The translations under genes were made by a program, and so were the position numbers. The notes under the pieces are model-generated. The model was not told the DNA's origin and did no database searches. It saw only the letters and a program-made list of their open reading frames with translations. Of a DNA stretch of 64,000 nt, positions 31,246 through 40,710 are shown one piece after another. How positions within the stretch are numbered: position 1 is the first letter of the stretch; each line of letters starts with the position of its first letter. The DNA is from an uncultured delta proteobacterium (GTDB lineage: Bacteria; Desulfobacterota; Binatia; UBA9968), in the NCBI GenBank assembly GCA_963771465.1, contig CAVYTU010000014.1, positions 320,001-384,000 of the forward strand. Direction: 5' to 3'.

Positions 31246-31974
31246 ATGGCGAAAAGCGCTGGCATCGTTATCATCGGCAACGAAGTCTTGTCAGGCAAGA
31301 CCCAGGACATCAATTCGCATTTTTTCTGCACCGAGTTGCGCCAGCTTGGCGTCGAAGTGCAAAGGATCTCGACGATCCAAGATGAAATCGATTTGATCGG
31401 CCGTGAAGTCGCCGAGTTTTCCCAGCGCTTCGATTTTGTTTTTACTTCCGGCGGCATCGGCCCGACCCATGATGACGTTACCATCGAAGGCATCGCCCAC
31501 GGCTTCGGCGTCAAAGTCGTCTGTCATCCGGATATCGAAAAGCGCATGCGTCAACGCCTGGGCGCCGATTTGAACGAAGCGCGGCTGCGCATGGCCAACG
31601 TCCCCGACGGCGCGACATTGCTCTGCGCCGATGCTCCCTTCGCGCCCATCGTCACCATTCGTAATGTTTACATTTTCCCCGGCATCCCGAAGATTCTCCA
31701 AGAACGCTTTCACGCCATCAAAGAGCGATTTCGCGACGCGCCTTATTTCCTTAAGAATGTTTACGTCAAACATGGTGAAGGCATCATCGCCGCCATGCTC
31801 AATGATCTCCTTGTGAGATTTCCCCAGCTCATGCTGGGCTCCTATCCGGTGCTCGATTTGCCGGATTATAAAGTCAAAGTCACTTTGGAATCGAAGGACG
31901 CCAGCTATCTTGATCAAGCGCTTAAAACCTTCGTCGCCTCCCTGCCAAAAGATTCGGTTCACCGCATCGATTGA
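31246..31974 (+). CDS. Molybdopterin-binding-domain protein (CinA N-terminal/COG1058-like)
   Basis: IGNEVLSG...DIN, SGGIGPTHDDVT, PGIP. Confidence 0.9.
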   Translation: MAKSAGIVIIGNEVLSGKTQDINSHFFCTELRQLGVEVQRISTIQDEIDLIGREVAEFSQRFDFVFTSGGIGPTHDDVTIEGIAHGFGVKVVCHPDIEKRMRQRLGADLNEARLRMANVPDGATLLCADAPFAPIVTIRNVYIFPGIPKILQERFHAIKERFRDAPYFLKNVYVKHGEGIIAAMLNDLLVRFPQLMLGSYPVLDLPDYKVKVTLESKDASYLDQALKTFVASLPKDSVHRID

Positions 31975-32044
31975 ACGCTAGCCAGCGTGGACCGTTTCGA
32001 TTCGACAATGACCGCGCTCGATCCCGTCGATTAGAATTTTACCC

Positions 32045-33484
32045 ATGGCCGATCAAACATCTTGGGGCGCGCTGCCACCGTTCAAAAAGGCGCCCCTGCC
32101 GCCCATGCCGGGCATGCTGCGAACCTTGGGCCCCGGCGTAGTTTTTATGGCGCTGGCGCAGGGCAGCGGCGAGCTGATCTTTTGGCCGTATACCATCGCC
32201 AAGTACGGCCTGACGTTTTTGTTTCTGCTCATCCCGGCTTGTCTGCTCCAGTTTCCCGTGATCTACGAGATCGGCCGCTACACGATGCTGACCGGCGAGA
32301 GCATCTTCCAAGGTTTTATTCGGCTCAATCGTCATTTTGCGTTTGTTCTCTGGGTTTTAATGGCGCTCTCGTTCCTTTGGTTTGGCGCCTTCGCCGCCGC
32401 CGGCGGCACTTCGATCGCGGCGCTCACCAATTATCCCGCTGGCTGGTCGCGTCGAGAACAGACGCTATTTTGGGCGTACGCGACTATGGCGTTGTTCCTC
32501 GCCGCCATCTTGCTCAGCAAAGTAATTTACAAACTCATTGAAGCGTTCATGTGGGGCGTGGCGATCTTCACCTTGGTCGGTCTCATGTGGGCCAGTGCGA
32601 ACGTCGAAGTGCTCGCCGCGCTGCCGGCCTTTCTCAAAGGACTTGTGATTCCTGAGTGGCCGATGCCGCGGCCGTGGGACCCAGCGGACGCGACGAAATT
32701 GCTAACCGCCATTACCTTTGCCGGCCTCGGCGGTTTCTGGACGCTTTTTTATTCCTACTGGCTGCGCGATAAGGGCGCCGGCATGGCGCATTACATGGGA
32801 CGACTCACCGGGCCAATCACCGGCAAACCCGAGGCGATTCCTGACTCAGGCTCACTGCCGACAAATGACGAAGGACTCGCCCATGTCCGGCACTGGAACC
32901 GTTTCATGTTCTGGGACATCGGCATCGGCGTCATCGGCAATCTCATCACCACGCTGCTCACCTGTCTACTCGCCTATGCGTTGCTCTTTCCCAAAGGTCT
33001 GCTACCCCAAGGTTACGAAATCGCCGTGGTGCAAAGCCGCTTCTTCGAAGCGAGCTGGGGTTGGTGGGGAAAAGTCTTTTTTCTAGTCATCGCCGCGGCA
33101 TTTCTCTCCGACACCTGGCTCGCCACTGTCGACGCGGTGAGTCGAACCCATGCCGATTGTGTCTACGGCTTTTTTCCCGGTAGTCATAAAATCGCTTACC
33201 GCAAATGGTATCTGTTTTTTCTGTTGCTTCTGACCGTCATCACCGGCGTCACCGTGCAACTCAACGAACCCGGCACGCTGATCTTGATTTCCGCCGTGAT
33301 CGGCTTCGTCGGCACGGTGATTTATTCCGTCGCGCTGATCTTGCTCAATCACGTCTACCTGCCGCGTCATCTACCCAGCGCAGCCAGGCCGGGCAAGCTC
33401 AATTTCTTTTTTATGCTGATCTCCTGCGCGGCGTACTTTGTCCTTGCCACGCTCTACGTACTAACGGTTCTGGAGATCATCTAA
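32045..33484 (+). CDS. Nramp-like/APC-superfamily transporter
   Basis: GPGVV..A..GSGE...WP, EIGRYT..TGE; about 11 TM. Confidence 0.8.
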   Translation: MADQTSWGALPPFKKAPLPPMPGMLRTLGPGVVFMALAQGSGELIFWPYTIAKYGLTFLFLLIPACLLQFPVIYEIGRYTMLTGESIFQGFIRLNRHFAFVLWVLMALSFLWFGAFAAAGGTSIAALTNYPAGWSRREQTLFWAYATMALFLAAILLSKVIYKLIEAFMWGVAIFTLVGLMWASANVEVLAALPAFLKGLVIPEWPMPRPWDPADATKLLTAITFAGLGGFWTLFYSYWLRDKGAGMAHYMGRLTGPITGKPEAIPDSGSLPTNDEGLAHVRHWNRFMFWDIGIGVIGNLITTLLTCLLAYALLFPKGLLPQGYEIAVVQSRFFEASWGWWGKVFFLVIAAAFLSDTWLATVDAVSRTHADCVYGFFPGSHKIAYRKWYLFFLLLLTVITGVTVQLNEPGTLILISAVIGFVGTVIYSVALILLNHVYLPRHLPSAARPGKLNFFFMLISCAAYFVLATLYVLTVLEII

Positions 33485-33586
33485 GCCGCGCGATTTCTTC
33501 TATCTGTGACTGTCTCCATCGTCGATTAATGGATTTGCTGCCACCGAGCTGTTACCCTAAGCCGAAGTTTTATCGGAGGAATCAGC

Positions 33587-34237
33587 TTGACGGAAATCAT
33601 GAATTGGATCATGGACTCCATCCGCGCTTACGGCGCATGGAGTGTATTCGCCGGCGTGATTATCGAGTCGGTGATCGTCCCGATCCCCTCGCCGCTGATC
33701 ATCATGGGCGCGGGTTTCATACTGATCAGCGCCGATTTGAAATTTTTCGAAGCGCTGACGCCGATCCTAGTGCAAATCGTTTTACCCGGTGCCATCGCTT
33801 CGACACTCGGCGCTTACATCGGCTATGCCATCGGTTACTACGGCGGCAAGCCAATGGTCGATCGCTGGGAGCGCTTTTTAGGATTTAGTTGGCGCGACGT
33901 CGAGGCGCTGGAGCGCCGTTTCAAGGGCGGGCAGATAATCACCTCGATTTTTCTTCTGCGCGCGTTGCCAATATTTCCCCTTTCGGTGATCTCCGCAGCG
34001 GCGGGTTTGCTACGGCTACCGCTCAAGCAGTTTAGTCTTTGGACGTTTTACGGCACCATTCCGCGTTGCCTGTTTCTCGGCTATCTGGGCTGGGGGATGG
34101 GTGAAACATATCAAGGCATAGCCAAAGGCATCGACAAGGCGGAAGGCATTGTTTCAGGTTTGATAATCGTCGCGATCATCGCGGCGATCATCTGGTTGCG
34201 CGCCCGGGTGCGCGGCAAGATTCTCGACAACGGCTAA
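33587..34237 (+). CDS. DedA family membrane protein
   Basis: ES..VPIPS, Y.IGYYGG, R..P...S..AG. Confidence 0.88.
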   Translation: MTEIMNWIMDSIRAYGAWSVFAGVIIESVIVPIPSPLIIMGAGFILISADLKFFEALTPILVQIVLPGAIASTLGAYIGYAIGYYGGKPMVDRWERFLGFSWRDVEALERRFKGGQIITSIFLLRALPIFPLSVISAAAGLLRLPLKQFSLWTFYGTIPRCLFLGYLGWGMGETYQGIAKGIDKAEGIVSGLIIVAIIAAIIWLRARVRGKILDNG

Positions 34238-34267
34238 GTCTCCACCAGCAATTTGGATGATTGCACC

Positions 34268-34449
34268 CGCCGAGCGCGGTGTGAGCCTGGAGGAACGAAG
34301 GCACCGGCGCAAATGTTTCATTTTAGACTCGGCATTCGCCACATTGTTTGAACATTTCGCTGCTGATCTCAAAAACAAGTCAGCCCGCTGACGTCTACAA
34401 GGCACAGCTGTTTTGCCTTCGTTCTGGAAGGTTCGCGCCGCGCTCGGCG
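34268..34449 (+). ncRNA. Candidate structured RNA / long imperfect inverted repeat, family unknown
   Basis: Arms 34268-34303 and 34414-34449 pair over ~32 bp; mismatches read as G-U on the + strand; two internal hairpins. Confidence 0.45.
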
Positions 34450-34478
34450 CGTCACTTTTCAACTGCGGAACGTGCGGA

Positions 34479-35189
34479 CTAAATCCAGCCCAACTCCGAA
34501 GCGATCTCCCTACCGAGAAAGAGCCCGAAGCCGATGCTGGCGACACCGGCAATCACACGAATCCAACGGTTCATCAGTGTAAAGCGCTGTGCGGTGAGAA
34601 TAAACGGCAGGCTTATGATACCGCTTAAAAGCAGCATCCCGCCGACTGAACCCAGACCGAAGATGACGATATAAATTAAACCGCTCCACGGCGACTCAAT
34701 GGTCGAGAGCACCAGCAACATCAACGCCGCGCTGCCGGCCAAGCCATGCACCATGCCGACGATAAAGGGCCGGCGCATCGCGTTTAAAGGGTGAGGATGG
34801 TGGTGGTTCTGCTGGGGATTTTCATGGACGTGGAAATGGGTGTGGGTTTGCGGATTGTGACTATGGGTGTGCAGATGCACCCGCTCAGCACCGAAGCTTT
34901 TGCGCAGCACGTTAACGCCGAGGAACACCAGCATCAGCGCCACCGCGAACTCTAATCCCAAACCCAGCCGCGGCGGTATCGCGATGCGTAAACTAATAAC
35001 GATCGAGTCCGACCAAGAACAAAGTCGTCGTATGGCCGAGCCCCCAAAAAGCCCCATGAGAGAGGCCCACTTGAAACTTTTCTGCTCGCTGACAATCGTC
35101 GACACCGCGATCAAATGATCGGGATCGAGCGCATGCTGAATGCCCAATAACAAGCCTAAGCCGAATGCGGCAAAAAGTGATGCTTCCAT
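34479..35189 (-). CDS. UreH/NiCoT-like nickel/cobalt transporter (internal compensating frameshift pair)
   Basis: HALDPDH, His-rich loop, GMVHGLAGS; WGLGHT is present only in a shifted frame. Confidence 0.85.
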   Translation of the reverse strand: MEASLFAAFGLGLLLGIQHALDPDHLIAVSTIVSEQKSFKWASLMGLFGGSAIRRLCSWSDSIVISLRIAIPPRLGLGLEFAVALMLVFLGVNVLRKSFGAERVHLHTHSHNPQTHTHFHVHENPQQNHHHPHPLNAMRRPFIVGMVHGLAGSAALMLLVLSTIESPWSGLIYIVIFGLGSVGGMLLLSGIISLPFILTAQRFTLMNRWIRVIAGVASIGFGLFLGREIASELGWI

Positions 35190-35269
35190 GGTGATAATAC
35201 TAGACGGAAAGGCGAGATAGAGACGCAAGCCTCCTCCCAATCTCGAGTCCCTATCTCTACTTAAATTCT

Positions 35270-35701
35270 CTATCGATCCGGTAGGCGCTGGCCTGTCTGC
35301 GTGCCGATCCATACCTCGCCACCCTGGTATACTTCCTTTTTCCAGATCGGCACGGTCTTCTTAATTTCTTCAATGGCAAACCGGCTGGCTGCAAAGGCCG
35401 CGTCGCGATGCGCCGACGAGACTACAATGACGACACTCGCTTCGCCGATTTGCACGGGGCCCAGTCGATGCAAGATCGCCATGCGGCAGATCGGCCAGTT
35501 CTTCGCGGCGTCAGTGCCGATGCGCGCCAATTCTTTTTCGGCCATCTCGGGATAGGCTTCGTAGTCGAGCGCAATCACCCGGCGGCCTTCGTTATTATTG
35601 CGCGTCGTACCGATAAACGTCGCGATCGCGCCGGCCTCAGGATCGATGACGTAATCGACCATTTTTTGCAAATCGATCGCTTGGTTGGTAACGCGAAACA
35701 T
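35270..35701 (-). CDS. moaE: Molybdopterin synthase catalytic subunit
   Basis: GAIATF.G..R, YEAY..MA, HRLG, SAHR, PIWKKE. Confidence 0.96.
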   Translation of the reverse strand: MFRVTNQAIDLQKMVDYVIDPEAGAIATFIGTTRNNNEGRRVIALDYEAYPEMAEKELARIGTDAAKNWPICRMAILHRLGPVQIGEASVVIVVSSAHRDAAFAASRFAIEEIKKTVPIWKKEVYQGGEVWIGTQTGQRLPDR

Positions 35702-35707
35702 CTTGGC

Positions 35708-35953
35708 TCAACCTCCGCTCACCGGCGGAATAAATACCACTTCATCCTGATCTTTGAGCGCCTGATCGACACCAACGTAATTCTGATTGACTGCGTAAAG
35801 CATACGAATCCCGGGCACGTCGAGTTTGCCATAATCCTTCTGCAATTCGCGCCACAGATCGGCCACCGAACTACCGTCGGCCATTTCTTTAACCAATTCG
35901 GCGGTTCCGGCGCGTTCTCGTAATATTGCGAAAAACTTGACGCGAACTTTCAT
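35708..35953 (-). CDS. moaD: Molybdopterin synthase sulfur carrier
   Basis: V.FFA.LRE, AVN, PPVSGG C-terminus. Confidence 0.96.
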   Translation of the reverse strand: MKVRVKFFAILRERAGTAELVKEMADGSSVADLWRELQKDYGKLDVPGIRMLYAVNQNYVGVDQALKDQDEVVFIPPVSGG

Positions 35954-36453
35954 TTGCCCTGAAGTTGCGAAACCATGTGGCGGATTTCCGGCAAGATTAA
36001 TTTTTCCATCGCCAAAGTCACCGCACCCTTCGAGCCGGGCAACGAGATCAACACCTTGCCGCGTACCGTGCCGGCCGCCGCCCGGCTCATGATTGCCGCC
36101 GAACCGATGTCCAAGTAACTCAGGTAACGGAACAGCTCGCCGAAACCGTCGAGCTTTTTTTCCAGGAAGCGGTTCACCACTTCAAACGTTCCATCGCGCG
36201 GCGATATCCCAGTGCCGCCGTTGACAATCACTGCGTCGGCATCGCCGCCCAGCGCTTCATTGAGCAACCCTTCGATCTCTGCCGGCTCGTCCTTGACGAT
36301 CCGATAGCCGGTGGTCTGATGGCCTTGGTCAACCAAGAACTGCTTGATCGTCTGACCGCTGGTGTCGGTCGCCTCATCGCGCGTATCGCTGACGGTGATA
36401 ACGAAACAGCCAATACTCTTTTTGCCTTTTTCCTTATGTTCATGCACGGACAT
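35950..36453 (-). CDS. moaB: MogA/MoaB molybdenum cofactor biosynthesis protein
   Basis: TVSDTR, D.SG, GGTG...RD.T, GFGELFR, SRA.AG, LPGS. Confidence 0.88.
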   Translation of the reverse strand: MSVHEHKEKGKKSIGCFVITVSDTRDEATDTSGQTIKQFLVDQGHQTTGYRIVKDEPAEIEGLLNEALGGDADAVIVNGGTGISPRDGTFEVVNRFLEKKLDGFGELFRYLSYLDIGSAAIMSRAAAGTVRGKVLISLPGSKGAVTLAMEKLILPEIRHMVSQLQGK

Positions 36454-36594
36454 GGCCAAACTCCTGACAAAATCTCCATCAAACCTTAGCAACACCTATC
36501 GTGATTTCAAAGATGGGTCAAACCACCGTCGGCGAGAGTGCAATCACGCGCCCTGGCGGTTGCGAGCGCGGGTGTCGGCGCATATGATACGTAA

Positions 36595-37752
36595 ATGTTG
36601 GCGCCATTTTCTCTCTACATCCACATCCCTTACTGCATCAGCAAGTGCCCCTATTGCGATTTCAATTCTCACGTCGTGGCCGAAATCCCCGAGGCGAAAT
36701 ATACCGACGCCTTGCTGCGCGAGCTGGAATATCATGGTGCGGACGAAGCCTGGCGCGACCGCACCGTGCAGAGCATCTTTTTCGGCGGCGGTACGCCCTC
36801 GACTTTCAAACCGGGAAGCATTGGCAAGCTGTTGGCCTGGGTCGCGGCAACGTTCCCGATCAATGCCGATTGCGAAATCACCATGGAAGCCAATCCGGGC
36901 ACGGTCGACGCAGCCTACTTTGCCGGTTATCGCGATGCCGGGGTTAATCGCATCAGCGTCGGCGTGCAGTCGTTTCAGCCGAGATTACTAAAACTCCTGG
37001 GGCGGATTCACGACGCTGAGGAAGCGAAGACGGCGTTGAAGGTCGTCAAGCAAGCCGGCTTCGACAACTTCAGCTTCGATCTGATCTACGCTAACCCCGG
37101 ACAGACGTTGGCAGAATTGGCCAATGACTTGGACACGGCGCTGGAATTTCAACCGCCGCATTTGTCCGCTTACAATCTTACCTTCGAGGAAGGCACGCCG
37201 TTTCATCACGAGTACCGCGCGGGAAGAATGGCGAACCTGAGCGAAGATGAAGAGATCGCCATGGCGGAATTGATCGAGTGTAAACTCAGCGCTGGCGGTT
37301 TGAAGCGTTATGAAATCTCCAACTACGCCCGTTCTTGGTTTCACTCGCGCCACAACGTCAACTACTGGCGCGCCGGCGATTATCTCGGTCTCGGCGCCGG
37401 CGCGCACAGCTACAAGCGAAATCCAGACGGTGTGACCGGTAAACGCTGGAGTGATGAAAAAAATCCTGGGCGCTACATGGCTCAAGTCGCGGAATCGCAG
37501 CATGGCGTCATCGACCAGGAAGAAATAGATTCACAGAAGGCTGCAGGCGAGTTCATGTTTCTCGGTTTGCGGATGACCGAGGGCATAGCGACGGACGTGT
37601 TTTGCGCACAATTTGGTAAGTTGCCCGAGGATTTCTATCCGCGCATCAAAATTTGGACAGAAGGTGGTTTTCTTGAAGAGCAAGGCGGCCACCTTAAACT
37701 GACCGCAAAAGGTTTGATGCTGGCGAATTCAATTTTCGTCGAATTCATGTAG
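36595..37752 (+). CDS. hemW: Radical SAM heme chaperone HemW
   Basis: YIHIPYC..KC.YCDF, FGGGTPS, EANP, YEISNY, HNVNYW. Confidence 0.92.
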   Translation: MLAPFSLYIHIPYCISKCPYCDFNSHVVAEIPEAKYTDALLRELEYHGADEAWRDRTVQSIFFGGGTPSTFKPGSIGKLLAWVAATFPINADCEITMEANPGTVDAAYFAGYRDAGVNRISVGVQSFQPRLLKLLGRIHDAEEAKTALKVVKQAGFDNFSFDLIYANPGQTLAELANDLDTALEFQPPHLSAYNLTFEEGTPFHHEYRAGRMANLSEDEEIAMAELIECKLSAGGLKRYEISNYARSWFHSRHNVNYWRAGDYLGLGAGAHSYKRNPDGVTGKRWSDEKNPGRYMAQVAESQHGVIDQEEIDSQKAAGEFMFLGLRMTEGIATDVFCAQFGKLPEDFYPRIKIWTEGGFLEEQGGHLKLTAKGLMLANSIFVEFM

Positions 37753-37788
37753 CCTGAGTGAGTTCTCACTGAGCAGGAAAGGAGCGCC

Positions 37789-38967
37789 ATGGCGTTAATC
37801 GATAACCTAAACACGATTCGCATCGATCATATCGGCAGCCTCGTTCGTCCGGCAAGACTCAAAGACGTCTTCGCCCACTCCGATCGCGGCCAAGCAGCGA
37901 AGCAGGAATTGTCGCAGGCGCAAGACGAAGCGATCCGCGATGTCATTGCCAAGCAAGAGGCTCACGGCTTCCCGGTCGTCACCGACGGTGAGTTTCGCCG
38001 CCACAGCTTCCAAGAAAGCTTTTCCGAGTGCGTCACCGGATTTGATGTGCCAAAGAATATCGGCCTCTACTATGAAAAGCGCGATTTGAATGAGAACCCG
38101 CTCGAGCGCGCCGAGCAAAACTTCGAAGAAGCCGGCCCAGCGATCATCACCCGGCGCGGCGCGTTCGAACGCTTGAAACTCGTACGCAACCTGACGCTAG
38201 AAGAATACCGCTACGCAGCGAGCGTCGCCAAAGTTCCGGCCAAAGTCACGCTGCTTGGTCCCGATCGTATCGCCCAGCGCTTCAAGTGGGAAGCGTCGTT
38301 GAATGTTTACAAAGGCCTCGACGATTTTGTCGAACATCTCGTCGTAATCGAGCGGCAGATCATCGCGGAATTGGTAAAAGCCGGCTGCAAGTACATTCAA
38401 ATCGATGCCCCCGGTTACACCGCCTACGTCGATAAAGTTTCGCTGGAAAGAATGCGCTCCCGTGGCGAAGATCCCGAGCGCAATCTCCAACGCTCCATCG
38501 ACGCGGACAATGCCATAATCGCAGGCTTCTCCGATGTGACCTTCGGCATCCATATTTGCCGCGGCAACGCCAGAACCATCGATCCCCAAACCGGCAAACT
38601 CGTCCCCCAATGGCATCGCGAAGGCTCCTATGACGCCATCGCCGAAAAACTTTTTAACACACTCAAGCACCAACGTTTGCTGCTGGAATACGACAGCGAC
38701 CGCGCCGGCAGTTTTGAGCCGCTGCGTCTGGTTCCAAAAGATAAAATTGTCGTCCTCGGTTTGGTCTCGACCAAGAACTCCGACATGGAAAGCGTCGACG
38801 CTTTAAAGCGCCGCATCGATCAAGCCAGCAAATATCTGCCCGTCAATCAACTCGCGTTGAGTCCGCAATGTGGCTTCGGCGGCATTGATTCGAAAGTGTT
38901 GAGCGAAGATGAGATGTGGCGAAAGCTGGATACGATCGTCGAGACGGTAAAGCAGGTGTGGAATTGA
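37789..38967 (+). CDS. Cobalamin-independent methionine synthase II (MetE C-terminal-like) family protein
   Basis: DHIGSL.RP, TDGEFRR, HICRGN, LEYD..R.G, LSPQCGF. Confidence 0.88.
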   Translation: MALIDNLNTIRIDHIGSLVRPARLKDVFAHSDRGQAAKQELSQAQDEAIRDVIAKQEAHGFPVVTDGEFRRHSFQESFSECVTGFDVPKNIGLYYEKRDLNENPLERAEQNFEEAGPAIITRRGAFERLKLVRNLTLEEYRYAASVAKVPAKVTLLGPDRIAQRFKWEASLNVYKGLDDFVEHLVVIERQIIAELVKAGCKYIQIDAPGYTAYVDKVSLERMRSRGEDPERNLQRSIDADNAIIAGFSDVTFGIHICRGNARTIDPQTGKLVPQWHREGSYDAIAEKLFNTLKHQRLLLEYDSDRAGSFEPLRLVPKDKIVVLGLVSTKNSDMESVDALKRRIDQASKYLPVNQLALSPQCGFGGIDSKVLSEDEMWRKLDTIVETVKQVWN

Positions 38968-38997
38968 CGACGTCGAACGCGGCCTCGATGCCGCAAA

Positions 38998-39299
38998 TTA
39001 GCAACAGCCTGGTGGAGTAGGAATCTGCGTTTTGCTGGCGTATCCAATGACAAAAAAAAGCTCGGCAAAACGTTACAAAGTAGCTGGACTAAATAGACGC
39101 GACGTTGAGATGATGAGAGAGAGTTGACAAAGAGATTCGCAAATAGCGAGAAGCCAGTTAGTAAAATAACCCCGATCGAGAATATTCCCCAAAAGAATAA
39201 AATCGACGGTGAGATATTCCCGAACATTCCCGAAAATAATAATGAACCAAGAATACCGAACGCACATAATGCGTATTCATGAACGGTTATCTTCTGCAC
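38998..39299 (-). CDS. Small AT-rich hypothetical membrane protein (3' end uncertain)
   Basis: About 3 hydrophobic segments. As sequenced the ORF runs to 38847, inside the convergent gene; one extra T in the T8 run would end it at 38998. Confidence 0.35.
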
Positions 39300-39321
39300 A
39301 TTTCTAATTCCAACCCTGTTT

Positions 39322-39604
39322 TCAACTATCCGGCCTCGCGCTACTCAACCACTCCTCATGCACATCGACCCAGATCGTATCCGTATCATGGCAGGTCGAC
39401 ACTTCGCTCAAGATCGAATTTAACAGTGTAGAGCGGCTTATGGATGCCGCGGTGATCTCTGATATTTTCGAGGACTCCGTGGACTAGGCCGATGACGCCG
39501 CGTTTGCCGCGTATATAACGTGGCGTGCGCGGGTTGCCGGTGGGATTTTCGTGGGCGACCATGACGGCGTCGCCGATTTTGTATTTGCTAATCGTGTCGC
39601 TCAT
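39322..39604 (-). CDS. Nitrile hydratase beta C-terminal / thiocyanate hydrolase alpha-like SH3 subunit (frameshifted near 39411)
   Basis: Y.IGD.V.V..P.GNPRTPRYIRGKRG..HG..PLYTV.F; removing one base continues as SEVSTCHDTDTIWVDVHEEWL to a stop at 39322. Confidence 0.8.
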
Positions 39605-39612
39605 AACAATTC

Positions 39613-40686
39613 TCAATCGGGCCGCACGCGCGGCATCTCAGCTTCGACGTGGGCGGCTTCTCGCTCGCGTAACTGCGAGGGTTCCAACGCGTAGCCCGCG
39701 CCAATCAAACTGTCGACGGTGACGAGCTTGGCCAATTCTGGTTCAGACATTCCTTCGGTGCCTTCGGGACGCTGCGGCAGGACGAAGTAGCGCACGTCGG
39801 AGGTGCTGTCCCACACTTGCAGCTCTTTGCCGGCGGGAATTTCTAGCTGAAACATGTCTCTGACGCAGGCGCGTGGGTTCTGCACGATGTTGGTCCGATA
39901 GCTTTCATGCTTGTACCACCACGGCGTGTCGCCGAGGATGTCATACGGATAACAGGAGCATAAGGTGCAGACGATGACATTGTGCAGCTTGTCGGTGTTC
40001 TCGACCACGACGAGTTTGCCGACTTTGCCTTGATGCACGCCCATATCTCTGAGCGCTTCCCGGCCAGTCGTAAGCAACGCCTGTTTAAAATCTGGATCGG
40101 TCCACGCCTTGGCAACGATCACGCCGCCGGACCAGGGACGCTCCTGGTGTAATTGTTTCCAGCGCTGTGCTAAATCGTCGCGCGTCGCCCAACCGCGCCT
40201 GATCAACGCCTGGACAAACACTTCGAGCAACTCCTGGTAATCTTTTAGATCTTGCTCGACGCCCGCCATGCGCTCTGCGAGCGCGCCGTGGTGTTCTTTC
40301 TTTTTGATCTTGAAAAAATCGTCGTAGTCGCCACGCTCCTTGCGGTTGTCCTCGGTCACCATGTCCATGCCTTCGACCGTGCGCGCGGAAACCAAAGCGA
40401 TGCCTTTGACGTATTCGTCAAGCCACTCTTCGAGATAGCGCACGCGCGCTTCGATGTTTTTCCCCTGGGGTCTAGCGATCTTAAAGAAGTGATCTTTCTT
40501 TTTAAGCGCGCTGCGCACCTTGAGCAGATCGTAAAACGTCACTACATTACGCCGCAGCAAGTAGAAAATACGCGGCTCGAAGCGTTTGGCGCGGTAATAT
40601 TCCAAATCTTCTTCGACGGCTTTGATATGCGCGAGGTAATCGTGCATATGGCCTTCGAACGGTTTGTGTCCGTGCTTTCCCGACAT
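39613..40686 (-). CDS. Co-type nitrile hydratase alpha / thiocyanate hydrolase gamma-like subunit with long N-terminal extension
   Basis: VAKAWTDPDFK, VVENT..HNVIVCTLCSCYP, WYK..YR, DSTSDVRYFVLPQRP.GTEG. Confidence 0.92.
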   Translation of the reverse strand: MSGKHGHKPFEGHMHDYLAHIKAVEEDLEYYRAKRFEPRIFYLLRRNVVTFYDLLKVRSALKKKDHFFKIARPQGKNIEARVRYLEEWLDEYVKGIALVSARTVEGMDMVTEDNRKERGDYDDFFKIKKKEHHGALAERMAGVEQDLKDYQELLEVFVQALIRRGWATRDDLAQRWKQLHQERPWSGGVIVAKAWTDPDFKQALLTTGREALRDMGVHQGKVGKLVVVENTDKLHNVIVCTLCSCYPYDILGDTPWWYKHESYRTNIVQNPRACVRDMFQLEIPAGKELQVWDSTSDVRYFVLPQRPEGTEGMSEPELAKLVTVDSLIGAGYALEPSQLREREAAHVEAEMPRVRPD

Positions 40687-40710
40687 CGGATTTCCTCCAA
40701 ATATATCCCG

